Shown: piece by piece, positions 38,952-51,400 of the stretch
Position numbering within the stretch: the first letter of the stretch is position 1
Layout: every line of letters starts with the position of its first letter
Origin: Macrostomum lignano
Taxonomy: Eukaryota
Length of the DNA: 64,000 bases
Assembly (NCBI GenBank): GCA_002269645.1
Contig: NIVC01001845.1
Span: 118,257-182,256 of the forward strand
Direction: 5' to 3'
Translations under genes and position numbers: made by a program
Notes under the pieces: model-generated
The model's database searches: none
Told to the model about the DNA's origin: nothing
Seen by the model: only the letters and a program-made list of their open reading frames with translations

Positions 38952-39094
38952 GTTTAAAAGAATCAAAGACACTGGGGGTTGGGGCAAAGATGTACAGTCA
39001 TGTTAATGTCAAAATAAACTTAGTGGAGCAGCGACCCTAATCAGAGTCGCTCTGCTGCACCAAAACAAACAAAGCAACTTGCTCGCAACCAACT

Positions 39095-39398
39095 ATGCCA
39101 ATGGAGCCAATGGAGGCAGCCGTCAATGCGAAGCAGCAACAGACACAGATAGAATTCAGCTTGAATTATTGGAGTAAAACAGACTGTAATGCAGATAATT
39201 CCAGTCAGCAGTTGTTGCAAGACTGTCAATGTACACGCCAAGTGTTGAAGGAAGAGTTGATAAAGTTTCGTCAGCTGCTAGCGTCTCTTCCTCCGGTTAC
39301 GCCGCCGCAACCTTCGGTGTTGCAGCAGCAGCAGCAGCAGCAGTGGTTGACAGAACCATCGCAGCCCAATATTGATGAACCATCGGGCGCTCCAAATG
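39095..39398 (+). CDS. Possible isolated coding exon (Gln/Pro-rich)
   Basis: Open frame with poly-Q ending at a strong AATG|GTAAGT donor; no partner exons identified. Confidence 0.3.
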
Positions 39399-40443
39399 GT
39401 AAGTTGAGCTCGCATGTAGTTAATTCTTGATTCGCAATTTTACATCCTCCTTAAGTTCAGTAAGTTTCTAGTGGTCCATGTAGGTAGGTGGTACACTTTT
39501 GTCATGCGAAGATCAAGGATCAAGGCTAGTTGGAAACTGTACACACTGATGAGTAGATGTAGTTCTAAGTCCGAAGCAATTTTTCGAGCAGAACGAGATG
39601 CTATGCACATGTCTGGTGACTTTTGGAAGGACTCTATTCTGTATAAGGTAGGTATAACTCGTGTACCAAGTCTAGCAAACTACTACATTTAGCTAGCTAC
39701 CGAATCTTTAGCTACACTCGTAAAAATTAAACTGTTCAGTGCAATAGTAATTTCCTAAAAATCTCAAAAAAATCATTTACTGATTTAGACTGATATATGA
39801 CAAAAAGCCAATGGGGATCTATCAAATCATGTGTACTAAGCGTAATTGTCCAGATATTTGTCCATTTGGCCTATTCCTGTTATCATTGACCTTAACTTTC
39901 CGGCGGCTTTAATGCCTGTCTAATTTCTAAATGAGACCATTTTGACGTGAACGCTGGCTACTCCCTACTATTCCACCGTAATCTTGACCCGCAGGCCAAC
40001 TGCGAGCGGCCGCTCCAGTCCTGATCTTGTCTGGACTAATTCACAAAAATTCGTAGTTCGATCGAGGCATGACGTGACGTCACCTTTTGTATTAACAAGC
40101 TTTGCATTGACTTGATATGGTCTATTGTTACTTTTCGCAAGCTTGTTTCGACTCAGCTCAAAATAACGTATTTTTATTGCAATTGCATTTTAACTGTTGA
40201 CGTTCATTTTATCATCGATTTGAAATCTTATCTTATATTATTCTGCAATTTTAATATCTATATTGTTTCGCTTTTGCTGCACAATATTTAATTTTCAAAA
40301 TAACTTTGACGGCACCAATACAAAGTCACAAACAAAATTGTTGGCTGTTTATTCGCCTTTTGCCAAAACATTGCACTTCATAATTTTGGTCTACTTGTAT
40401 TGATTAAAAAGATTGGAGTTTGCAGGTTTCTAAGGGGTTATAG

Positions 40444-40740
40444 CCTGGTGGTTAGAGTGTCTGAATTACGACTTGAAGGTCAGAGGTTCGATTCCCGATC
40501 CCACTAGAAAAATTTGTGTCCTTGAGCAAGAAACAACTCTGCATTGCTTCAGCCCCCCCCCCCCAGCTGTAAAATTGGCACAGCAAATTGGGGTGATTGA
40601 GGGTGTGTATGAGGGTGTGACCCCGTCCTTGGACAGAACAGTCGTACGCAACCTTCAGACACCCAATAGTTGCGGCTGAGCTGTCTGTTGCCACATCTGG
40701 CCCAATTGGGGCAGGTGTAATCAATTAATTATTATTAATT
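40444..40740 (+). mobile_element. tRNA-derived SINE, copy 3
   Basis: A-box-like TGGTTAGAG, B-box GGTTCGATTCC, central GTGTCCTTGAGCAAG and AT-rich (ATT) tail; reverse complement of copies 1 and 2. Confidence 0.8.
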
Positions 40741-41004
40741 AGTTTTCTATGCAATTAAGAATAGGATCCACGTTTTCGTTTTGGATCAGGGACTACTCAA
40801 TAACTAAGGACGGGAAACTACAAAAGTTGGAGTACGATCTATTAAGGACTTAGTCTTCGAAAAACATTACTACATGTAGATAGGTTTTACCTTGTAGTCA
40901 GTGATTTTGCGTCTATGGTAGTTAATAAGCCAGTAGATAAATCAGATAGTTTGTAATAGTTAGTCCACCAAGATCCCATTTAGTTAATTAAACCAGTAGC
41001 CCTA

Positions 41005-41300
41005 GAACGGGGGTCGACAATTTTTTTACCTCAAAGGCCAGATGCAGAATCTAGTGCATGGCTGCAAGTCAGAGGAAGGGGAGCGAGGAGAGGGTCAGAG
41101 AAAATATAGAAGAGAGATAGAAGAAAGCAGATGTGCCGGAAGACAGCAGATAGAAGAACAGAGGGGACAGGAGGGAGGAGAGGAGAGAAGGAAGAGAAGA
41201 GGAAAGAAAAGTAGTATTAGCGAGAAGAGAGCTGAAAGGAGACACAAACAATGAGGCTCGAGGGCCGGATAGAGAGGCTTAGCGGAGTTTCAAGCAAAAC
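41005..41300. mobile_element. Degenerate copy of the GA-rich hAT-type MITE family
   Basis: GGGGTCGACAATTTTTTTACCTCAAAGGCCAGAT left end, GA-rich interior and GAGGGCCGGAT near the right end. Confidence 0.5.
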
Positions 41301-41690
41301 AAAAGTTTGTAGCGACTCCCCCCCCCCCCCCTAGGGATATGAAATGGGCCCCTATTGCGAGTGTAGTGCAGCCCTACCTGGACTTTCATTGGTTTCGAGC
41401 TACTGTCTATGGCGAAAGCCCATACGTCCAAAGCTTCAGCTCAAAATCCATATTGGTATCAATTTGCGCTCAATATGACTCAAAGGAAATAAGGATATGA
41501 AAAACACGATGGCGAGTTTTAAGATCAGCGTCAACTAAAATCAATTGGCACGAGATTTTTCTACAGTCATTGAATTTAATATTTTTACGTACAAAAGTTA
41601 CGTCTATTACTGTGCAACAGTAGGCTGCTAAGCACTTGTGTTAGCAGCAGTCAGACAATTTCAAGTCAGGATATCAACCGCGCCGCCTCC

Positions 41691-44046
41691 CTAATCCGAG
41701 TCCACCAGGGCCGAGGCGAACTCCTCGTAGTCGATCATCCCGTCGCCGTCAAGATCCGCTGCGGCGATCATCTCGTCGGCCTCCTCCTCGGTCATCCGGT
41801 CGCCGCGGGTTGTTAAAATGCGCCTAGCAAGGGGATGTGTTGCCGGGCGTTTTTTTGAGCTGTCTATTCATACAACATTAAGGCCAAACTTGGCGTAAAA
41901 AATTTATCGCGAGATGTACCAGTAGAAAACAATGTTTAGATATCGATTTAAATGAACGGTTCTTAATTTCTATATAAAATGTGTTTTGGTACCGAAGGAT
42001 TGACAACTGAATTCGAGTCGAAGAAGTTCGATTTGAAGGGGCCGGCTGGCTTGAATTCTGCTTGACTTTTGCTGCTAATATTTCTTATGAGTTTAGTTCT
42101 GGAACTCTTCTAAGTTAACACAATTTCCAGGACACGTGCAGTTTCAAGGACGCAAACGTTAGAGCGTATAATTTACCATTCTGTCCATCTTTCTAGTGGA
42201 CAACATACAAAGTAAAATGTATTTTTAGCGAAATCAGACTTTTATATACCATTGCATTGGACCTAAGAGTTACGTCCTATAATGTATGTTAGAACGGTGG
42301 CTTTTTTAATAGTACATTAATACCCATGCTTTAAGGGCGTTAATGGGAAAATCAGAGGGCGCCGTAATTCCTGCTGTTCCTATCTCTTTAGTGTGTTTTT
42401 GTCTCGAAAGAGTTTCTCTGGCTAAACCCCTTTAAAAGCTATGTAAAGAAGCGAAACTTAGGAAAATCCGTTTAGAAAACACAACTGTACTCGTATCTGG
42501 AGCAGTGCTGCTCTCCAATTAACAGTAGAACTACCAAGGGGGGGGGATTCCCAGGCACACGAAATTCGAGAACACGGGCTAACTTTTTGTCTTCTTAAAG
42601 GTTCCGACGGCGTCCGGGTGATAACGGAATGCTTGAGAAACCAGCTGAGGATGTCCAACAGTCGAGGCTTGATAGGCAAAACTAGAGAAATTCGCATCAG
42701 GGTGTTCATAGTCACCTGGTGCCACCTGTTGAAGGCCCAGAAGCTCCGCCTGGGTGAAGGCCAGTGACCAAAGAAGTCAGAGCTGATGTAGACACATGTG
42801 GTCGACGAGCTGATGAAATTTGGAGACTTGGCAAGGCTGCACTGAGGCGCAGTGCTGATTGACGCACAGGGGTGTACTTAATACACTAGCGCTTATGGGA
42901 TTAATCCGACCTTCTGGCAGAATCGTCGAATATCTCGACGGCCCGGAGGGCTGGCGACTTGATTCTTGTTTGAGAAGGTGCGCAACAAAAAGTTAGCCCG
43001 TGTTCTCGAATTTTGTGTGCCTGCATTGCAAAAAAAATGTCAAGGGGGGGGGGGCGGAGAATCCCCCCCCCTCGGTAGTTCGGCGGGCGAAAAATGGCTT
43101 GGTATTCCTACTGTTAAAAAAACATCCACGGTAACCAACCTGAGCTCCTCAGATGGTATGTAGCCTTTGTTGTCAATGTCGAATACCATAAAAGCACTTT
43201 TGATCTCTTCTTTTGTGACCGGCTTGTTGATGTGGTTGACCATTAGAGAGACGAACTCTGGGAAGTCTATCGTGCCGCTGCCTGCAATATAGAATTTTGA
43301 GTTCATTTTGCTTGATAGTGGAGCACGATATAATTAGGGACTAAGAGTAGAAATCCCATGCAGCATGGTCGGAATCCAGCTCAGGTGGAATCTAGCTCAG
43401 TTGGAATCTAGCTCAGTTGGAATCTAGCTCAGTTGGAATCCAGCTCAGTTGGAATCCAGCTCAGGTGGAATCTAGCTCAGTTGGAATCTAGCTAGTTGGA
43501 ATCTAGCTCAGTTGGGATCTAGCTCAGTTGGAATCCAGCTCAGGTGGAATCTAGCTCAGTTGGAATCTAGCTAGTTGGAATCTAGCTCAGTTGGAATCCA
43601 GCTCAGGTGGAATCTAGCTCAGTTGGAATCTAGCTAGTTGGAATCTAGCTCAGTTGGAATCCAGCTCAGTTGGAATCCAGCTCAGGTGGAATCTAGCTCA
43701 GTTGGAATCTAGCTCAGTTGGAATCTAGCTCAGTTGGGATCCAGCTCAGTTGGAATCCAGCTCAGTTGGAATCCAGCTCAGTTGGAATCTAGCTCAGTTG
43801 GAATCCAGCTCTCTTACCATCGGCGTCCACTTCGTGCACCAGCTTCTCGAGCTCATCTTCGGTGACGTTCTGTCCCATGGACGTCATGATGATGGCCAGC
43901 TCCGAAGTGTCGATGGTGCCGCTGCCATCGTGATCGTACATGCAGAAGGCCTCATAGTACTCGTGAATCTGCTCCTGAGTCAGCGAGCTCATCACATCGT
44001 CCGGATTTCTCGACTGCTCGCGCTTTGACGACTTCTTCTTGCTCAT
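41691..44046 (-). CDS. Calmodulin-like four-EF-hand protein (167 aa); exons 44046-43818, 43281-43140, 41823-41691
   Basis: EF loops DHDGSGTIDTSE, DADGSGTIDFPE, DIDNKGYIPSEE and DLDGDGMIDYEE; exons join in phases 1 and 2 with GT-AG. Too divergent to be canonical calmodulin. Confidence 0.92.
42528..43081. mobile_element. Inverted-repeat (MITE-like) element in intron 2 of the calmodulin-like gene
   Basis: Left GAACTACCAAGGGGGGGGGATTC..AGGCACACGAAATTCGAGAACACGGGCTAACTTTTTGT is mirrored at 42986-43081, with an insertion in the right arm. Confidence 0.7.
43371..43810. repeat. 15-16 bp minisatellite filling most of intron 1 of the calmodulin-like gene
   Basis: Unit GGAATC(C/T)AGCTCAG(T/G)T. Confidence 0.93.
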
Positions 44047-45180
44047 GATTGCTGGCAGCTGGTTTTTTTAGCCCAGTGCAATGCTTTCAAACTAGCTCTC
44101 TCTATTGCCAGCTGATGGGGGTGGCAATTTATATGCTATCTCTTTCTCAGTCTCTCCTTACCTCTCCACTGCCCGTTTTCTAAGTTGGCACTCACTGTCG
44201 GTTGCATTACTATTGCCATATTTCTCTCTCGCGAGTTGACAGCAGCGCCTCTGTCACTCTCCTGGGGCGGCGGGAGCTGCAGTGAAGGGCAGAGAAACTC
44301 TCAACAGCTCGATTGGACTCGAACCACTTGAGAGACTGAGGGAGATAGACATGGAAAAGCTCTGCTTTGGTTTTATGCCGTCTCAACTCAAGTTTCGCAG
44401 GTTTGAGTAGCAAAATTATGCACGTCAGCAGCTCAATCTGTCTCCAGTGGCTCGGCTCCTGTCACGGCCTTTGCTCGTATTATCGACTTGCTTTTTCCTG
44501 TTTTAAAAGCCTACACATATACTCGGCAACATTGAACAGTCGTCCTCCACTCATCCCGATCCCTCCTCGCCCAGCCCAACTCTGCGACACAAGTTGCGTC
44601 ACTCAAAAGTCAACACTGAGCTAGAATTTACTGCGCACTCTCATAGGTGCCGAATTTTTTTATGTTGTTGACTGAGTATAGCTAGGTTTTTGCACATGTG
44701 CTACTGACAGTAGTTAGAAGATCTTGCAGTTTTTTACACACTTTATCACGCCATAAAAGTATCAGCCTTTCAAAACTGGTCCGGTGCGAGTGTCCCTAAA
44801 ATGATCCATGCACAAAGATAGCGGATGCGTTGGCTTTGGCATAAAAGTACAAAGAGAACTTGGTGAACAATGATTTTGCAATCACGCCATAAAGCAGGCT
44901 TTTTAACCCATTTTATTACAGTTATCCTGCTTCCAAAGGGGGGGGGTCAAATATTTATTTACTCGCCCTGCCTACTTATAGTAGTGTGAAAAAATGCCAA
45001 AATAACAAAGCTGTAAAAAGGCTGAAATCGTAAAATCGCACCAGGTGGACGGCAATAAATTGGAGCTGAGAGAGAAGAAAGCTGATCCGGCCAGGTGCTT
45101 TATAATGAAACAAAATTGGATGGTCATTATTGACCTGTGCCTTGTGTCTCAATATGAAGTTCCTGTCTTGTTTGTCAGAT

Positions 45181-45849
<669 letters not shown>

Positions 45850-46521
45850 TTCCTCTCACAGCTCTCCCCTAGCAGCCCTCCCCGCTGTGAGGAGTTTATT
45901 GCATCGTAAATTCATTAGTCAGGATATGAATACTCGTGGGATCGAGGGGAATAGGGATATCCAAATTTTGATGGAGAGCGGGGACAGCCACATCGCAGCG
46001 ACAGTTTCCCATTTTTGGATCAGTTTATTTGAGAATTTTGTGCGCCAGACTGCTCAGCAAGTTGAGCCTCACCCCCGCACTGGCGGTTGACAACCCCAGC
46101 CTACACGGGTCCCGGCATCATGAGGGGATCTAGCTTGATCTTCCCAACAGGCGCTCTAGGGATGGATCTCAGAGTCTTCAAGATAAAAAATCCGTATGCG
46201 AGGTCAGGTGCGACCGCAGCTGTTTCCTAGAAGAAAATGCCCTCATTTTTTCCGGCTAGGCTCAGAAAATCCTCCCTGTTGCGGATTTATGCAAATCAAA
46301 GGGGCCTTTTTTCGTTTCTTTCCCGGACAAGATTTAAGGGTTAACGATGAGCTTAGAACGGCGACAGAGATGATTTAGAAATTGCTTCCGGCTTTGCAAG
46401 GTTCTGGCGGGGATTAATAACAATTGAAAGTTGCTTTTTCATTGCTAGCTGTTCTGTTTTGAATACTGACTAATTTGAAGTCAAGGTTGTGAAGTTTCTG
46501 CGACTACATTGTTTTTTGCCT

Positions 46522-46895
46522 TGACAGCAACCCCACTCCTTCACGAGCCGATTCTGATTGGCTTGAAGTTCTACAGCCAATAGGAGCGATCCTAACTTCC
46601 TGACCACTGACAGCAACCCCACTCCGTCACGAGCCGATTCTGATTGGCTTGAAGTTCTACAGCCAATCGGAGCGATCCTAACTTCCTGACCACTGACAGC
46701 AACCCCACTCCGTCACGAGCCGATTCTGATTGGCTTGAAGTTCTACAGCCAATCGGAGCGATCCTAACTTCCTGACCACTGACAGCAACCCCACTCCATC
46801 ACGAGCCGATTCTGATTGGCTTGAAGTTCTACAGCCAATAGGAGCGACCCTAACTTCCTGACCACTGACCGCTGACAGCAACCCCACTCCGTCAC
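46522..46895. repeat. 86-bp tandem repeat, about 4.3 copies
   Basis: TGACAGCAACCCCACTCC recurs at 46522, 46608, 46694 and 46780; each unit contains GATTGGCT..AGCCAAT. Confidence 0.92.
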
Positions 46896-48464
46896 TATAA
46901 AGCAGTTTTCTACTATCTGCCAGTCGACCCGATAAAAAAGAACGGAATTTGACTTCGAAACCAAGTAAAATCACTAAGCCTTGGGGACTGTTGAAATTGT
47001 AACGGTTTTTATTTTAGCTTTTGACTTTTCAGTTAACTTGTCACCTGTCACTCTTCATTGTTCTCGCGCGCCTTGCATGCTAAACTGCTGTTTGAATGAC
47101 GGGCCCGCCACAGTCAGTCTTTTGTGAAAAGTGTGAAAATTCAGCGCTTTCGTGAATTGGCCCAGAGAAAGGGGGCTAAACAGGGAGGCCTCAAAGCGGA
47201 TTTTCAGCACTGCTCTCCTCATCAATTGTCTCTCGGCATCCGCGCGTGCGTGTGGGGGGGGAGGGGTTCTGCGCAGTGAGGCAGCAGAGCGCGGTGCTGC
47301 TGGAGTCGAGGAAGCTGGCAATGCAGTTAATTTTTCTCGTCAACTAGCGCATTTGACTGGCCAGGCTGAGTGAAGAGCTGCAGCTGTTTGGAACTGGGGG
47401 GGGGGGTTGTGTAGTGCTTGGGATGCGGATTGGGGCCAGGCAGGCTGCTGAGGTCGTCGCAGAAGTGAGGAGCCCAGTTTCTCTCTCTCTCTCTCTCTCT
47501 CTCCATTCTGGGCGGGGCAGCTGCGGTACCCCAGCGCCTGCCAAAGTGGACACCTCCCGTATGAATTGTCAATCAGCTTCCCTGCTTGCTGTTCCAACAC
47601 GCGGAAGCCAACTATAACCCCCCCCCCAGACTTTAGCCAAGCGGCTAATCACGCTATTCACACCTGTGAATTACCTGCTGAATGTGCGCAGCTCAAACAA
47701 TGAACCCGTTAAGTTACAGCAGCGGCTTCTAACACAGCTCAATAGACTCTCAACCGACTCGCTTTGGAAAAGCTTTTGGAGAGGCCCTCAAAGCGGGCGG
47801 GATGCGACAAACAAAAATCGATCAAACGCATTTTCCCGATGCTCATCTGAACTCCTCGCCTAGAGAGCCGAGCTAATGCAAACAGGTAACAAATGTGAAA
47901 TACAGTTCAAAGGCTAGGTGGAAGTAAATCTGGTTACTATCTCGATATGGACTGATTGTAGACAGGACAAGCATGAATGCAGCGCATATGATGGGTGTTT
48001 TGGCAGTCATCAGATCCGTTCTCTTGCACTGCGATAGACCTATCGCCGAAGGAGTGGATCGCGATAGATAGCAATACATGTACATGTAAGGTGACCTGGA
48101 GTGGAATGCAATGGTTAAAAGATTTCTGTTGCTGAGAGCACTAGAAATCTATTTTATGCGAACTCAATTTTATAAAAGTACTCTTGAATGAGCTATATTT
48201 AGTGGTATTTTTCACCCAGGATGTTGCCGCAAATTATACATTCGGCTTTGATTTGTGTACAAATTGTACACTAAGGGGTCACAAAAATGATTTATTACGT
48301 AGAAAAGACAACTCATAGAATGATTGATCCATTTAGAATTTTGCAAGAAGATGATTTTACAGTTTTGTATCATGTTTCTGTAAATAGGTCTGAATTATGA
48401 GCTAAGAATTCGTCTAAAAACTGTCTTGGCAACTGAGAGCAATGCTTCCTTGGCCGACTCTGAG

Positions 48465-51400
48465 TCAGACAAAGCTCGACGTCATGTAGGGCGTCCTGCA
48501 CACTGCTGGATTGACCACCAGCTCTGCGCCCGTCAGCACGGCATATCCGGCTTTCGGATCGGGCAGCGCTCCTTCGCTCAGTCCGGCGTACCGATTTTCC
48601 TGAACTGCGGCGCCGTGCACTCCCGCGTCGTCCAGGACGTCGCTGCCTTCGCTTGCGCCGTAGACTTTACGCGGCAACCTGTCGGAGCCGAGGGCTCGGC
48701 CTCTGGGTGGGCGAGGCTGCTGCTGCTGGAACGACTCGTAGCCGTTGCAGCTGCGCAGGGTGAGCATCTGGAACTGGTGCCGGCGTTGATGCTTCTGCTG
48801 CTGCGCCTGCTGACTACCTGAGGCCTGTTCGCTTGACGGGTAGTCGGCGAGGTAGCCGAAGCTTGGGAACTTGTCGCGCAGCATGCGACCTGGGCTGCGC
48901 GCCCTGGCGTTGTCAATAACTAGAGTGGCCGAGCCACCGGAACGGCAGCTGTGAGATGGCAGCGCCGGCGGCGGCGACGGTGGTGGCAGCGGCGACACGT
49001 CGGATCCAACAGCTTTGACGATGTCTGGGAAGCGAAACTCGCTGCAGTCGGCAGCGTCGTCGGCCTAAAGATGTTTGGAGTTCGGTTTCACTTGGGGACG
49101 TCAATTAGGGTAGAGTTTTTACTGGCTGAGTAGCGGTTGCTGGAGTGAATTTTGGTGGTTGCGGGAGTGAATTCTGGTGGTTGCAGGAGTGAATTCTGGT
49201 GGTTGCAGGAGTGAATTCTGGTGGTTGCAGGAGTGAATTCTGGTGGTTGCAGGAGTGAATTCTGGTGGTTGCAGGAGTGAATTCTGGTGGTTGCAGGAGT
49301 GAATTCTGGTGGTTGCGGGAGTGAATTCTGGTGGTTGCAGGAGTAAATTCTGGTGGTTGCGGGAGTGAATTCTGGTGGTTGCAGGAGTGAATTCTGGTGG
49401 TTGCGGGAGTGAATTCTGGTGGTTGCAGGAGTGAATTCTGGTGGTTGCAGGAGTGAATTCTGGTGGTTGCAGGAGTGAATTCTGGTGGTTGCGGGAGTGG
49501 ATTTCGATGGTTACGAGGGCAGGTGTCGAATTTTTTACTATTAAAGAATTCATTTTCTAAACAAGATTTTTATATTTCACTGATGATGCTAATGACTCAT
49601 ATTTACTTATAGTTATCAGTTCAGAAAAGCACTCACAAATCTTGTACGAGCGTAGTATTGCTCTAACTTACCGCATCAGCATTTGCCTTGTCGTACCAGA
49701 CGCCATGACTTTCTCGGGTTGCTGATCCACTACCGCCTACATGAAAGGTTTGGAGAAAGTCGACGAGCAATAAGACAGAAAAAATCATCAATGGAGTAGG
49801 GATGATGGAAATTCATCTAAATAAACTGGACTTACCCTTCCGATGAACGTAAATGAGAACTGCTAACAACAGCAGGAAGATAACGAAGACCACAGCTGCC
49901 AGGCAAAGCAAGATAAAGAAGTGTTTGTCCGCGTCTCCAGCTGTTTTTCGCGAGCGATCGCTGCTCCCGGCGCGACCGCTATCCCCGTCGCTTCCCGTTC
50001 TGTCCCCGCCTTGGTTGAACAGCTTGCCAGAGAGAACGCTGACAAAGAGGCTCTCCTCAGGACTGCTCATTGAAGGCCGGCCTCGATCAGTAGCTCGAAC
50101 GACCAGCCGGAAGAACCTGTCTGAACCAGGTGGTTGATGCGGCTGGTTTGGATCCGTCTGCAGCGGTTGCGGTGGCAATTTGAGCAGACCGTTGGTCAGC
50201 GTTACAATGCCATGCGTAGAATCGACGCTGAAGTGGCCGTAGTCCGGACCCACTAATCTGTAAGTCACCGAGCCGTTCTCTCCCGCATCGCGGTCAACGC
50301 TGGCTAAGCGCAGTACCTGTTAAGGAGGATATGGCTGAACTTTTAACTAATGCTAAAAATTACTGTAATCATACTAATACGCATCCAGATTGAGAGCTGA
50401 ACGCAATAAAAATATTCTGCTTAGAAACCATCTACTATCATGTCCAACCTCCGTTCCAGCCGGGCTGCTATCAGACAGGTTGTAGGTGCGTCTGGTTCCA
50501 ACCAGTTGGGGCGCGTTGTCGTTCACATCTAGAAGCGTCACACTGGCGTGTGCCACGCCCTTGTGCTGCCTGGGACCTCTGTTCAGTGCTAGCAAATCCA
50601 GATTGACAACTTCGCGCCTCTCCCTGTCCAGGTTGCCCCGAGCGTAGAGCCGGTTTCCGCGGAAATGGAAGAAGACGCCGTCGCCTGGCTGTGACCGACG
50701 CTCAACTTCGTAGTGTATTTCGCCGTTGTACCCAACATCTGCGTCCGTGGCCTCCACGATCCCAATCATTCTGTCGCTGCTGTTTTGGTCATAGTCTTCT
50801 ACAACTCGGAATGCATACTCCTTCTGAGAGAAAACCGGTGCCGAATCATCCTCATCGTCGATAAGGACCTCCACGGACACCGTGGAAGTCAGTCGGACCT
50901 TGGCCCCGTTGTCCTCGACAGTCATCGCAAACGCGTAAGTGTGGCGTGTCTCACGGTCGAATGCCAGTCGAGTGTGCAACTCAGCTGCAAACGGCGGTCG
51001 CGGGTTGAGGCTGAAGAATTGTTCACCAATCGCGTCCAGTCGGAAGCTGAGCCGGCTGTTTTCGCCGGCATCTTGATCGTTTGCAGCTACTCGCCCAACG
51101 AAGGTGCCTTCTGGATGATTCTCTTGGACGTGAAAACGATAGCTCTTTAGCTCGAATTCGGGTCGGTTGTCATTCTCGTCTATTATACGCACCGTAACAG
51201 GGCGTCGAGTCTCTCGCGGCGTTGGCTTGCCTCGGTCCTGGCAAACGAGCTCTAAACGGACGGTGTCGCTGCCTTTCTCAATCCCTGAACCGGAGCCTTC
51301 CCTGTCCAGCTGAGTGCCATGCAACTTACGTAGCTGATAAAATGTTTGATGTGGCCCGTCGGAAATTCTTTGCGTCAGCTCGAAATATCGATTCATCGGC

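Noticed and set aside
40444-40510. tRNA-like sequences (also about 15270-15330, 31770-31830 and 55155-55200)
   Set aside because: No complete cloverleaf; three continue into a shared SINE body and the fourth is only a B-box fragment.
23321-44046. Idea of a muscle gene cluster (arginine kinase, IF, calmodulin-like)
   Set aside because: No sequence evidence of co-regulation; adjacency alone is insufficient.
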